DNA of 63,371 nucleotides, the filler included, from Rozella allomycis CSF55 (taxonomy: Eukaryota), in NCBI GenBank assembly GCA_000442015.1. It is 5 parts of 5 records of this genome, joined end to end, with 100 filler letters (N's around TTAATTAATTAA, not from the genome) between each part and the next. Parts side by side here need not be neighbours in the genome. Positions count along the whole stretch, not along the records: positions 28,121 to 47,971 come from KE561147.1; 4 more parts are not named here. One strand, 5' to 3'. Shown one piece after another: positions 34,570 through 48,071 of this stretch. The notes under the pieces were generated by a model. That model did not search any database, was not told the DNA's origin, and worked only from the letters and a program-made list of their open reading frames with translations. The stretch's first letter is position 1. Every line of letters begins with the position of its first letter. The position numbers were made by a program, and so were the translations under genes.

Positions 34570-35900
34570 TTGTATCCAATGCTAAAGGTAATCCATAATG
34601 ATGGTGAAAATGCGGAATTTTTAAGCCATTTTTTTGAATGGATAAAGTATTATTCTCAGCAAGTGGAAACATTGGAAACTATTAGTGAAGAGGAAATGTT
34701 CAAGTTGAAAATAGCATGGAGTATAGTTAACAATTACGGACACGAATTTATGTTTGGGTCCTATTATTACTATGCAAAAGTTATATTTGATGTTGTGGCC
34801 AAATCTGACATTGAAATATCAGATGAATTTATGAGACACTCATTCAACCTGCATGACAAAATTGAATATCAATATCAATATCTCAGACGATCAAACTTAC
34901 CCGATGAAGTCGTCTCTGAAGTTGGGAGTGGTTTAAAAGAATTTAGGAACAAAATCTTAAAGTTGGCTTTAAAAGCCTTTGATCGAAATGGTCAGCATTT
35001 CATACGTGGATATCGTGATATGGTACTTGGCGACATAATCAACGATTACTTTGGTTTAAATGAAGACATCATTAATCTAATTTCCTCTCTTTTANATCAA
35101 TCTTACCTGCTGAAGTCGTCTCTGAAGTTGGAAGTGGTTTAAAAGAATTTAGGAATGAAATTTTGAAGTTGGCTTTAAAAGCATTTGATCGAAATGCTCA
35201 GCATTTCATGCTTAGATATCGTGATATGGTACTTTTCGACATAATCAACAACTACTTTGGTTTAAATGAAGACATCATTAATCTAATTTCCGCTCTTTTA
35301 AAAAATGATCAATGTGATGATTTCATTTGCTTTGGACTATACAAAACCGCATTGAATAGATTGGGGTATGAAAATTTGAAACATGGAAATTTTGACAATG
35401 AAAGTGAACTATTTTTGAACTTTATAAAATCTCTTGGTGATTTATCACACATTCATCCTAAACTTTTCAAAATAGTTATGGATAGAATTATTTTTGTTTT
35501 AAATCATAAATCTAGAAATGTTTCCAACGCTGGCTTGGAAGCCTTGAATACATTATTGAAACGATTTTCACATTATGATTTCAGTGAAGAAGTCTATCAA
35601 CACGATATGCTTGATTCCACTCACCCCATTTATTATATTTTAGATAACGCTAAATTTTTCTATCAAGAAAGATTCGAGACTACTCTTAAACATCTTCTAT
35701 TTTTTGTTACTAATGAAAGCTACAATCAAAATTCTCAAATTCTGTTTAAATTATTCAAGTTTGCTTTAAAATTCAAATCTGATGAAACTACTGTTTCACA
35801 ACTAAAGACATCACAAGAAATATCTTATTGGAGAGGTTTCCATCTTTGGAAAAAAATAGACTTCAAGATATTGTTAATGGACTCGTTAATATTGAAAATN
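34570..35900 (+). CDS. Fragments of a multicopy hypothetical helical-protein family (two overlapping copies)
   Basis: KLALKAFDRN..HF...YRDMVL.DIIN.YFGLNEDIINLIS occurs in both ORFs and again at 39677-40320. Confidence 0.55.
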
Positions 35901-36659
35901 ATGGTCTATTTGAGTTTATTGGCAAAAATGACAAGGATAATCTGAAAAGTGTTAACAGGGATCTAATAGAGAAGGCTGCGAATCANACTCTCTTCATGGG
36001 AAGACATCCGGAGATAAAGTTTGCCAATCCTATTTTGGGTAACTCTGCTTATAGGGTCTGGAATGTCCATATCGACTTGTTTAGTACATCCACGGCCGGT
36101 AGATTCGAATTCGCGTATGTCATTGCCGCGCCCATCAATGGTCGGTGCACCCAAATCGGGATTTGGGACATTTGAAGAGTCAAAATCTTGTGTCGGTGAT
36201 TGGAAACTGTCTTTTATGTCTTTAAATGAGGATATTCTTTGGTTAGATTCCGGTGGATTCATTGTAGATTGGATTGACAGTTTTTCGAATACCAAGCCAC
36301 TGAAATATTGTGATAGTAANTACCACAAAATGTCTTAAGCCTAAAACGATTAATAAATCTATTCATGAACCACGAGTTAATTCGGATGAACTTTTGACAG
36401 ACGGGGGAATTAAAATGGCTCGACCTAAAACGGATAGAAAATGTAAGGCCAAAAATGAAACCCAACAAGAGAAGGGAAATGGCGCCAAAACAGGTATTAT
36501 GATTGTTGGGAGCATCGCGTGCCGTCTTGTACTACTATTACGAGCTGCCAAGTTGGTATACAGAAGCATTAGAAACCTAATCAACTAAATAAATCCTCTT
36601 TAATCATGAATCTCAAGTAATTTAAAAATTTTAAAAGCAAAACTAATAAATAAACACTT

Positions 36660-36828
36660 AAGAGCAGTGACAAACTTTTCTATTTTATTTTAAGGGTCGT
36701 ATTTATACCCCGATCCTGTTTTCACAGGTCTTGCCTAAAATGTCCTTCTCACTCTTAATTTTTAGGCTTTGCGGTTGCGTTATACCCATAACATCGATAT
36801 TTTTGCTAGATCTCTTGACTACCTCACT
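36660..36828 (-). repeat. LTR-like promoter repeat, inverted homologue of 39163-39360
   Basis: Reverse complement reads AGTGAGGTAGTCAAGAGA...GCAAAGCCTAAAAAT...TCGGGGTATAAATACG and matches 39163-39295. Confidence 0.6.
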
Positions 36829-37699
36829 NGGCCGGTAATATTAATAATGGCCTTCACTTGTTATGGTTCGTTCTACATATAAAAAATGCTATTTTCTGTG
36901 GTTTGTTGTTCAATTTTTGATACCACCTGAAATTGAATGAAAACCTATTTTTTGGAGTCTGAACTCTAAACGCCTTTTTCAATTTACGAACTTTTGATAG
37001 ACCAAAATTGGGTACACAAGAATTTCGGTCACGAATGAGGAAACTAAGACAAGCAAAATATCAAAAAATATAGAAATACTTAAAAAATGATAATGAAATA
37101 TTTGAATTTCAAAATACGAAATTGTTAATTGTATGCCCCAAAAATGATAAAACTCGATTTTGTCACGAAAAACAGATTTAGTAATCTACATATGAAAAAG
37201 TTTTGTTCATTGATCGTTATCCAAATAATTTATTTAAAAATATTCTGAATATGAATCGAGTGAAAAATATCTCAAACAATCGAATATTTGTAAGAGAAGC
37301 TACAACATCAAAAAATGAGAACATGTCCAAATCTGGAAAAGATCAATAGGAATATCATCTACATGGTATTTTGTTCAATATCATTTTTTAACAAGACCGT
37401 ATGTTCATATTGTAAAGAGAAAGGTAATGTGTTGCAGGAATGTAAAAAATTGGAATACTGCAATGATTGTAAACGTTATTTCGCAAAACAAAAAGACATG
37501 AATGTAAAAAAAACGAAAAAAGGAACCAAAAAATATAAAAATACTTATGACTGTTGTGAAAAATTAAAAGACATAAGCATAGGCTCTTCAAAAGAANGGC
37601 TTACTAAAAACAATCAAAGGATGTAAACCATGCAGTGGTAGAAAATAATCTGTCTCTGACTGTCATGAACCTGCATATTGCCGATGTACGTCCTGCCTN

Positions 37700-38800
37700 C
37701 GTTGGTTTATGTCTCCCAAATGCTTTTTGTGGTAATCGTTTTGTCAATGCATCCGCTTTCATGACTCTTGTGTTCACTGTTCATATATTCTAAATATATT
37801 CATTCTTCTCTTTTCAATTATATTTCTTATGAACTGATATCTATTTTCCATATGTTTTGTTGTCTTGTGTTATTCGTAAATCTGAGCTAATCGTATCGCA
37901 CTTTAACTATCTTCATTGGTCCTCACTGCTAGGCGTTGCCATCGTCTTGGTATACAAATTCTTTAAATAAATTCACCAGCCATAATTCTTCCTTACTCGT
38001 GTCAACTAGTGCCATGTATTCCGCTTATGCCATGCTCAACGCATTCTTTTTGCTTCAGTGACTTCCAAATCAGCAGATTCCCACCAATAGATATTAAGTA
38101 TCCTGTTGTACCTTTTTTTAATTAAGTATCCTTTTGTACTTTTTCTTTTATCTTTGCCTGTTGCCAAATCCGCATCCCTAAATCCATTTACTTGTATCCT
38201 TCCCTTTTTCACACTTGCTGCGCCATCGTCAAACTTGATACGAGACAAACATCCTCTATTTCCCATAAATATCTTATAATCCGCTTGACTAATTTACAAT
38301 GTTGTCCCCCTGGATAACCTACTTGCTATGTTTATAGCGCTACTAATATCAGGTCGTTTCATTGCTTGAATCCATGGAAGGTTCTCCAAGGCTGCCCCAT
38401 ATGGTGTTGCCTTCATCCGTAATTGGTTGGCTTCGTTTGGTAGGCTTGGTGATGCACTGTTGCGCGCCCCGCTTTCCATCGGTGTGGATCATCCTGCGCA
38501 ATCGTCCAATCCACACTTCTTCAGGGTATCTTCAATGCATTCTTCTGGAGATAATCTAATTTCCTTATTGTCGTCATCTTGTTCAATATGATCCTCTGGG
38601 CACCAATTCAACTTTTCTAGGTCCTTAATCTTGTATTGCGAGTTTAAATATCATTGTATCTCACTCAATTCATTCTCTCAGTTCGTTGCTATTATGATTT
38701 TATCTAAATAAAGTTCTTATATGATTGTCATATGTTTCTTCGTCGTCTTCGTATATACGCAGTAGTCCGCCCTTTTAAGTCTTTCTCAATGCGTATGGTC
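37700..38800 (-). mobile_element. Decayed Ty1/copia RT-RNase H
   Basis: RPDISSAINIASR, GFRDADLA..RKSTKGY, AEYMAL, KHMENRYQFIR. Confidence 0.75.
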
Positions 38801-39162
38801 CCAGCTCTTCTTAATCCGTATCATGACTCGATGGAAACCCTTAGCAGTGAGGATCAATGAAGATAACCAAAGTGCAAATAGATTGGCTCACACGTAAGAA
38901 ACAAACGAGAACACTAAACACATAGTGAATCGATATCACTTCATACGAGATAAAATTCAAAGGGGAGAATCTATCTTGACTATACGACCACGAGAGACAT
39001 GACAGCGGATGAATTGAAGAAACGATTACCATTACTACAAGATGCCGTTGATCGACATAGACATCACGTGGTATCGTAAGGAAACCGGCCACATTCAGTG
39101 CGAGTGTTGGAAGCGCGGAAAAGTAAGCAAACCTGCCGCTCGCACGTCCGGCCTAATATTTA

Positions 39163-39360
39163 GTGAGATAGTCAAGAGAGCTAGCCAAAAATGTCGCTGC
39201 GATGGGTAGAACACAGCCGCAAAGCCTAAAAATAGGACTTAGTAGGCAATTTCAGGATAGCAATGGGAAACATGGGTCGGGGTATAAATACGTACCTAAC
39301 AATGTTTTTCACAGCTCATAAGTGTTTATGTATTAGCTTGCCTTTACTTTTACTAATTAC
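39163..39360 (+). repeat. LTR-like repeat with GGGTATAAATA box
   Basis: Homologous to 36660-36828 in the opposite orientation. Confidence 0.55.
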
Positions 39361-39376
39361 TTGAACAAGCAGGAGC

Positions 39377-39610
39377 ATGTGTGATGACCGTTGGTCTAAA
39401 AAATCAGAACCCACTACACAGGAATTTTTTACTTCTGCTCAGGAAGTAAAACTAATCAAACAGCACAGGATAGCTAACGATAATAAAAATGAATACCTGG
39501 TGAAGTGGGCCAAACTAGAGGACTCACATAATGAGTGGGTACGAAAGACGACTTACACAAAAACAGATACGGAGACCAGAGACGAGATCAATAAAAGATC
39601 ATATGCTTAA
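39377..39610 (+). mobile_element. Chromodomain remnant of a chromovirus integrase
   Basis: HR....NEYLVKWAKLEDSHNEWV. Confidence 0.65.
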
Positions 39611-39676
39611 GAAAGCCCGACCAGTAAGATTGAGATTAAAAATGCCAAACTATCAAGATTAAAAGTGTAGATAGTA

Positions 39677-40320
39677 ATTTTAAAGTTGGCTTAAAAAGCA
39701 TTTGATCGAAATGGTCAGCGTTTCATGCTTGGATATCGTGATATGGTACTTGGCGATATAATCAACAATTACTTCGGTTTAAATGACGACATCATTAATC
39801 TAATTTCCTCTCTTTTAAAAAATGATCAATGTGATCATTTCCTTTGGTTTGGACTATACGAGTCTGCATTGACTAGATTGGTGGATGGAAATTTGACACA
39901 TGAAAACTTTTACAATGAAAATGAATTATTATTGAACTTAGTTAAATCTCGTGGTGAATTATCACACCTTCATCCTGATCTTTTCAAAATAGTTATGGAT
40001 AGAATTATTTTTGTTCTAAATCATGGATCTAGAAATGTTTCCAGCGCTGGCTTGGAAGCCTTGAATACATTATTGGAACGATTTTCAAATTATGATTTCA
40101 GTGAATAGGTTCATGCACACGTTATACGTGATTCCACTCACCCCATTTATTATATTTTAGATCATGCTAAATTTTTCTATCAAGAAAGATTCGAGACTAC
40201 TCCTAAACATCTTCTATTTTTTGTTGCTAATGAAAGCTTCAAGTCCGATTTCAATCAAAATTCTCAAATTCGTTTTCAATTATTCAAGTTTGCTTCAAAA
40301 TTCAAATCTAATGAAACTTC
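39677..40320 (+). pseudogene. Third, stop-containing copy of the 34570-35900 family
   Basis: Near-identical to 35163-35790 with an in-frame TAG at 40106-40108. Confidence 0.6.
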
Positions 40321-42329
40321 ACCAGTAAGATTGAGATTAAAAATGCCAAACGATCAAGATTAAAGTGTACATAATCATCCCCCAAAAAATTCATGTTCAT
40401 AGTACGTCCCTTATTATTCCGCATAATTAGGTTAACACTTTAATTTATTTTGCAAATAATTAATTGCGCTTACACATTTTTATCCCTTAAGATTAATTCC
40501 CATATAATAATTAAGTTATCATTCCGCATGATACCTGCCATGCACATTACTATATCTAATAATCAAGGATAGCCGGCAGCGAACGCCAATAAATAGACTT
40601 TGAAATGTTTTGAATGTCCCGTCAACAGAAAAGTATCAAATTTAAAATTGTGCCGAAAGGATACCATAGCGCTGCAGAACTTGGCATTATCAACACTGCA
40701 AACTATTTGTGATTACAACTGTCAGAACATAGAGTGGAGCATGTAAACGATTGCAGTATAAGTCAGCGCACACAACCTGCCTATCAAAAGCATTACCGTG
40801 GTTGGTCATAGTTTTGCGTCCTATTGGGTGATGACGAGAGTCTATCGTTGTTGCATGAGCATTTGTCAACGCCCTCTCGCCCCTGGAATCAACGTTACCA
40901 GTGTCGCACGAACCTTAAACGCACACGTGGTCCTAAAGATCCATTGTGACAGATTGTAGTCCACAGAAGGTAAAGGGAAACCTTTGCAGTAATGGGACGG
41001 TGGGAACGTAGTGCAGTGCTAATAAAACCTCCAGAGGATGGTCCATGTCACACTTGGCCCACATATGATGCTTGGCCATGAAGATTAAAGAATATTTGAG
41101 GTGCACTTTTTAAAGAGCTGGACTTTGGGGTCTCATATATGTAAAGCAACTCTCTATATTTTGGCAGTCTGCAATTTGTCGCAATAATGCAATCAGAAAG
41201 GGATAAGGACATGGTTGTGGCAACGTTGTACCAGAATGACGTTTCATATCCTTTGGGGGCCAATGGCAACGCCAGTGGAGGATTGTGTTTCTAAATCGAA
41301 GCCATCGTTGGTTCAGAATCAATAAAACTAACATGTTATCAAAGCAATTGTACTAAACTGTCTTGAACATCATTGCGGAGTAAAACCAAATTGGCTTGAC
41401 AACAAAGTCCAAGAGATTGTTGACACTGCATGCAACTTTAAAGCGACACCAGCGGGAAACGAAAATTATTGGACATTTTACACAAATATAAGTTCAAGTT
41501 TACTTTCGAAAACTCTGTATGCATGTGTACAATAAGACTTTAACGTCAATGATTACCTGCTTGAAATACTATTTCAACGACAATAAAGATCAATCGCTGA
41601 AAAAATGGGAGTAACAAAGTTCCTAGCGCTTGATTTTATCAGAATTGCAAAGGTGAAAAGTATAAACCTTGTGGAAAGAACTCCAACTACATTTTTTTAA
41701 CTTTTGACGTGTATTTTAAGGTGCTCGTCAAAATTTAGGAAATCTGGTAGATGATCTGAGAAAAGAAACAATAATCAATATTTAACGGACAGGGTTTTAC
41801 CAGGCGGACTTCGGCAACGATAATTGGCATGTTGAGTAAGTTCCATTTTCACCTCGAATATGTACTCACTTAAACGATGTAAATAAGTTTTGCTCCCGAT
41901 TCTCTCCAAATTTGGTCTTTGATTACCGAAAATCCAAAATACCATATTTTACATTAATGTTAAAAATGATAATGATAGCACAATTGTTTTGTGTGAAGAA
42001 ATTGTTTGAATCTTAGAGGGAAAAAGAACTTTTAAAGACAGTGCTAAAATTTATTTAGTAAAAATGATAAAGCAATAAACCATCCATGATTTCGTAACAA
42101 AAACATTACTTTTGAAGATTCCATCCTAGATAAGCTTCTTTAAGTCAACACCCCCTTTCAAGCTTAAAAGGAATACTAGTGATAGAAGAGTTTTATCACT
42201 AGTATATCATACTAACCGCATTGGAACCGTTGGTTTAAGGAACAAGCTTGATTAGCTGATAGTTTCTAAATTAATACTGCAATTAGCAATATGTTCATTG
42301 TTTAAAACTTTTTGCTGTTATTTATCCAA

Positions 42330-43190
42330 ACTACGAATACCGATTAAATTTCTTAATTTACTAAACTGATTAGTATCTAAAAGTTTTGTTAATATATCTG
42401 CCAGCATCATATCAGTTCTAGAGTATACTAATTTCATATCCTTGTTCTTTATATGGTCGTCAATAAAGCGAACCTTTATATCGATATATTTTGTTCAAAA
42501 TTGTTGCACATAGTTGGATGCTATTGCGATCGTTGATTTGTTGTCGTGCAATATTGACATACTACCTGTGACGTTAAAATTTAATTCTTTAAGGATATTG
42601 CTGAAATTCAATCCTTCCCTAATCCATTCAACTAACGCAATATATTCGGCTTCACTACTACTACGAGCAACAACAGACTGTTGCTTTGACATCCAGCTAA
42701 CTGCACAACCAGCAGACATAAAAATGCACCCCGAATGGAAGGTGCGCACTCTCACTTTTTATACAACTATGATGAAGGTAATATAGATGTCCCTTTTGAA
42801 TTCCAATAGTACAACTATTTCCAAGAATATCAAAAGCTTCACCTATGTTTTTATTCAACAATATTTTTAATCCCGTACAACTAACAAGATTTTTAATCCC
42901 AAACAATGATGATGTTACATCAGGAATATGCAGGCCGTTTACCAAGTTATACAATACATTGTTAATCTTAATGTGAATACTTTCTATTCCCTTAATGTCA
43001 ATAAAGGATCTATTAGCAACTTTAGCTTTACTATTTTCTAGGTCATTCACGCTTATACAATGTTCAGAGTTGGACACCATTATATCAGTTGCCCCGGAGT
43101 TTAAGATGATATCATTTATTATAGACCCAGATTTGTTGGAATTACACGACAAATCATTAGGAGAACAACAATAACTATGTGAACTATCTG
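42330..43190 (-). mobile_element. Deleted Ty1/copia remnant (protease region fused to RNase H)
   Basis: IILNSGATDIM (DSGA-like); AVSWMSKQQSVVARSSSEAEYIAL; DNKSTIAIA; TKYIDIK; MLADILTK. Confidence 0.78.
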
Positions 43191-43199
43191 TATTTGATG

Positions 43200-44960
43200 A
43201 CGTTTGGCGGAGCAGGTGCAGTGGGCACGTCAAGCAAAACAGGGACTCGTCACGTAAATAATATCGCAGACCATCGGCACCGACGACATCAAAAATTTTT
43301 AAGCTTATGAGCGTGAAAGGCGGCCTTGCCATATTTTGCTAGCGGCTTGGGAGTTTCAAACTTCATTCTATGTTTTTGGATGATCATATTTTGATTAAGT
43401 TATCTATAATTTACCACAAGTCTGATTCTTCTAACAACCAAAGCTGGTGAATGGAAAGGTGCTAAAGGTTTCTTGATGATTCCCATAGATTCCATATTTG
43501 ACATTTGTTGTTTTAGTTGAGGCATGATAGAAAATGGAATCCGGTATGCTCTTTGATAACGTAAACTCGCCTTTAGAAGTAACGGAATCCGATATTACGC
43601 ATCTTTTAAGAGCCCAATATGAGTTTCGGGCCCTTGGATTGATGGATAGTTCTGTAGAAGTTTTTTGAGTTCAAGATGCCAGAGTAAGATTGTTATGGCT
43701 CGGCAAAATGTTGGCATTTAATAGAAGTAGTTCGTCTTGATCAACACCTATGTTACCTATGTTAGAGGTTTTATATTGCTTATCAATAGAATTCATGTTG
43801 GTGAGGAATGAATTTGAGTTTCTCGTCCGACACATTTTAACGTATTAGTTTGTAAATCAAAAACAGTATTATAAGCTTGGAGAAATGTAGAAACTCCATT
43901 CCTAGAAGGACGCCGGCAGTTGTTGTTGGGAGTACAGCAGCTTTGACATTCAATTTGATTGTTGGGCTCAGGCTGAGAAGGGACAGTGGAAATCTTGTGG
44001 TTTCAATGGATCCGTCCGCGGGAGTTATGCCACGAGGTTTCAAGTCTAGGGGAAGGTTGAGCTTATTTGCAATCTTCGTGTTGTTGATTGTAATAGATGA
44101 ACCTGTCTTGACAAGACACTTACACAGATAATGGAAAATAGAACCTTGTATTTATAAACGCTTAATAGTGCTTGCGTTGGGAACATGGCTAATCATATTA
44201 ACTTGTACCTTTGCAGAGTGTCTTGGTCGGAGATCATATCCGAAACGGCTGCATGATCTTGGTTTCGGGAGGTTTTTACATAAGGACTTTGGAAAGTTTT
44301 TGATGTTGTCGGTTGAGGTTTCGTCCCTGCTGCCTGTGCACGGCATTCTGCATCTTTGTGAGTTCAGTCTTGTGAAACATACATGTAAACGTTTTCTTGT
44401 TTTGTATTGTTTTATGTTGTGTTTCGTGATTTCGTTACCTTTTTTATAATAATATTCTTGATAGTTATGTGTGTGATGAGGTTTTGTATGACTGTTAGAA
44501 AAGATCTCTGTGGTTAATTGGATTCGTTCAGCTAACTGAATTATCTCCGTGAGATTTCCAACCCCTTGCATGACACGTTTTATTTGATGAAATGAGGTAA
44601 GCCGCGCCAGACGTCGTACAACTTGTCGTAGCCCTTGGCGGGATTGAACGTGTTGCTGAGGAGTGTGGGATTATCCGCGGCTGACATATCAGCGGGAGTG
44701 CCAAAAATTAAGGCGGCAGCGAAAACGTGGAGCAAGCTGGGCTTACGCTACCTTGGACGTCTGGGGTCCATTGGCAGGTGACGTTCGCATGTTGTAAATG
44801 CTGCCTCCAAGGACGAAGTGTTCGTGGGGTGATCCTGCGAATGTGGGCACAGAAATCTTGAAAATTTCGTGTGAGCCGTCCGCGTTGATGACCGGAGTCG
44901 AGAGTGGGACTTTCAGGTTAATGCGTACTAAAGTGCGTTGATTGATTTGTACTAACGTTT
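43200..44960 (-). mobile_element. Decayed Ty3/gypsy gag-protease-RT start
   Basis: Gag-like PTFAGSPHE; protease (xTGSSITI; ADGS...LLGMEFL); QRAYRIPFS...MGII...FHSPALVV. Confidence 0.65.
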
Positions 44961-45884
44961 TACTTTGTCTCATCACGGACTATCTGGCAAAATATCACCT
45001 GGTAATAGAAACTCTTCAAAAAATTGGCGACATGGTAACAGCGCCTAGGGGGTGACTCCCCAAACAAACGGAAGTTTACTTGAATAACATAGGTTTGTTC
45101 AAAGAGGGATCCTATGCTTGAAAAGGTCCAAATAGGGCACGTTGAAGACATTCTAGTTTTTTTCTTGGTGGCTTTGGTTCCCTGCGCCTCAAGTGTTCTA
45201 GAACCAAGACAAAAATTGAAACTTTCCATGTTTTCTATCCTTAATATGTCAGGTTTTCTTGTTATTATCAATTATCATCTTTCATAATTTCTATCAACAT
45301 CATTACAATTTATCATCATGATTTCAAATTCTTATATTCATTATCAATTCCTCATAATTTATTTCCATTTAGTTCTTATGTTTTCTATTTTTTCAATTCA
45401 TATATCATGCATTATTACTCTTCATGAAATTCCTTTTCAATTTGTAATTTCAAAAGTATAAAAACAAGAAGATATTTGTCAAAGTAAAAATGCAAAATTT
45501 ATTGTATAAAATATTGGTTTATGAAGAGTATTTAATATTTGTGATTTGTTGCGTCCTTTAGTGGAGATAACAGGTTTGCCAGCCTGGCAAGGAGGAATAT
45601 ATTGTTCAAGGGAATACAGGAGAGGCACGCTTTGTTGAGTTGGAATTTGACCGTAGTGCACGACGGGATAATTCATGCTGCTTGACAAGGGCAAGTAAAC
45701 GCACTCCCAGAATTATCCGGGGTCTAGTTCGATTGGTGGCGCGGATGGATTTCCGAATTCGTTAGGAGTGCAGGGAGGAGATTGTCGTACCAGACATATT
45801 AATGACATGATGATATTGGATGGATGAAACATCTGATATTGATCATAAGATGATATTTATTAAAGATCTATAAATAGAATGTGA

Positions 45885-45992
45885 AGATAAGATACGGAAA
45901 CCAAATCAATAAATATTCCGATCTCATTGACTTTGGTTATTACTTTTACAAATTACTTATCTATTTCTTATCCGTTCTATGAGAGAACGTCA
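45885..45992 (+). repeat. LTR/UTR repeat, inverted homologue of 57472-57570
   Basis: AATAAATATTCCGATCTCATTGACTTT...TCCGTTCTATGAGAGAACGTCA is the near-exact reverse complement of 57472-57556. Confidence 0.7.
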
Positions 45993-46355
45993 TTTGTTTC
46001 AATGAAGATGGTTTTTAATTCATTCTGGTATAGGTCATCGAGCTTATGTCGAATAAACTCTCATCTCTCACAAAGCGAAAATATCTTTCACTGAGAACAC
46101 CAATTGATAGAGAAGAGTATTAAAAGACATAAAATTTAAATTTATTCGGTAAGTGAGCCATAAAAGCGGTTACTGCCTTTTACGGAGAATTACCTTGATG
46201 TAACTTAGAAACAAGTATCTTAGCAACTTATTTCAAAAAATTAAAACGAAGATATAGTTCTGGTTGAAAAGATATTTGGAAATATAGAAGAAGATTCTAG
46301 AAATTTCCGAAATTAGGGGTATAAATAGCCTCGTTAACAAACAAGCAAACAAAAG

Positions 46356-47971
46356 ATGGACGCAATTAAAACTGCTGAAAACCATGTTATTGAGCTTCGC
46401 CAGAGACTAGGCGATCTTTTCATCCAGAATGCTGCTGGGGAAGATATTGAAAAGGTACAAAAAGACTTAGAGCGTGCTACTAAGTCAGTCACCTTACTTG
46501 GTGCTTCAAAGGCGACCGAAACGGACAAGAAGGTGACCAATGTTTACAAACTCGTCTCTTCGGACATGGATTTGAGGGAAAAGGGGGCTTTGGACATTGA
46601 AAGCTTCTTGCGCAAGTTTTGGCGCATAAAAGAAGTAGAAAATTTAAACGTGGAACAAGCTAAACAATTACTGCGTTTGTTTTGTCATGGCAAAGAAGCA
46701 GTCGCTCAGTGGCTTACACGGCATGAAAAATCTAATTCAGAAATTTCCTTGGAAGATCGGAAAAACGATTTACTTAAAGAGTTTTTGTCGCCATACTGGA
46801 AGATCAATAAGCTTACTGAGATTTTGCAAATCCAGTTTAAACAAGGGCAAACAGTACAGTCTTTTATAAATGACTTTGAAACCCTTATGATCGAAAAAAC
46901 TATTCCGTATACTACGGACGATACTAACTACTCGTATATAAAATCGCTTCTTTTCGCAAGTGTCGCCCGACTCAGTGAAAGTTTCTTTGTGTAATAAGCC
47001 TTTGGAGGAATTTCCCACCATTTTATCTTTGATGAACGCATTAAAAGACTTTCCGGGGATACCCACGGACATTCCACAGGGCAAAACTCTTTTCTATAAA
47101 TGCAGGAATAACAGGGTGAAGTAGCGGTTATGGGATAAAAGAGGCTTAGAGAAGAGGATGAACAAGGAGCTACAAAGAAACAGGCATTCTTCTGTGAAAT
47201 ACGTAAAAGAAATAAAAGTCATGACACCAAAGATTGCAAAATGAAGAAGAGTATCAATACTGAGAAATCTGAAAATTCGGAAAAGTCTCAAAATATCTTC
47301 AACAAAGAGAAGCAAAATGTCATTTGTAGAAACAACTGCTGACAAAAGTTTGAAAAAGGTCATAACAAGGTTTGCCCTAAGAAACCTACCATTCGCAAGT
47401 TAGTTGTCACAGAAAAGGCCAAAGAATATGAGGAATATCTGGAGGCTATGAAAGTCGAATATGATTACAACGAAATTGCTAAATTTATATCACAACCAGC
47501 TATTATGAACATGGGCTTTGATATAAGCCGCCCGATAAATGTTCTCTTTGGATTGGATTTACATGCGAAAGTTAGAATCGGCATAACTGGGTTAACATCA
47601 AAATTTAACGATGAATCTGACATACGTTCAAAGGAAAATGCTGGAGAAACCCAGGAGGAACCAACGGTAACTGAAGAGCTCAACATTCCTGTTACACAAG
47701 TGGTCAAGGAATTAGACGACACAAATAAAACACCTATTGAACCTTATTTGTCTTCCTTAATTAATACTTTTGCATCACATTTAATATCTACAATCCAACC
47801 CTTAATTGACAGCAACACTCAACTCAAAGGATTTTGTAATTTACCAGATATGAAATTTCTTTTTTCGTCCAACATTTCTTTTGTCTATAAAAGTGCATCC
47901 CGAGCAAACCAAGCTCGTTTTGTTGCTTCTGTTTTACAATCATTATGGGGGAAACCTTCTGAAGAGGCTGC
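46356..47971 (+). mobile_element. Gypsy-like gag(-pol) 5' region, frameshifted
   Basis: GGGGTATAAATA upstream; retrotransposon gag-like (FKQGQTVQSFINDF); degenerate knuckle FCEI....SHDTKDC; VLFGLDL protease-like remnant. Confidence 0.6.
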
Positions 47972-48015
47972 NNNNNNNNNNNNNNNNNNNNNNNNNNNNN
48001 NNNNNNNNNNNNNNN

Positions 48016-48027
48016 TTAATTAATTAA
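48016..48027. other. Artificial scaffold linker
   Basis: TTAATTAATTAA within N run. Confidence 0.95.
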
Positions 48028-48071
48028 NNNNNNNNNNNNNNNNNNNNNNNNNNNNNNNNNNNNNNNNNNNN

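Noticed and set aside
35963-36588. Overlapping ORFs on both strands
   Set aside because: Short contigs bounded by n with no recognisable motif; product cannot be supported.
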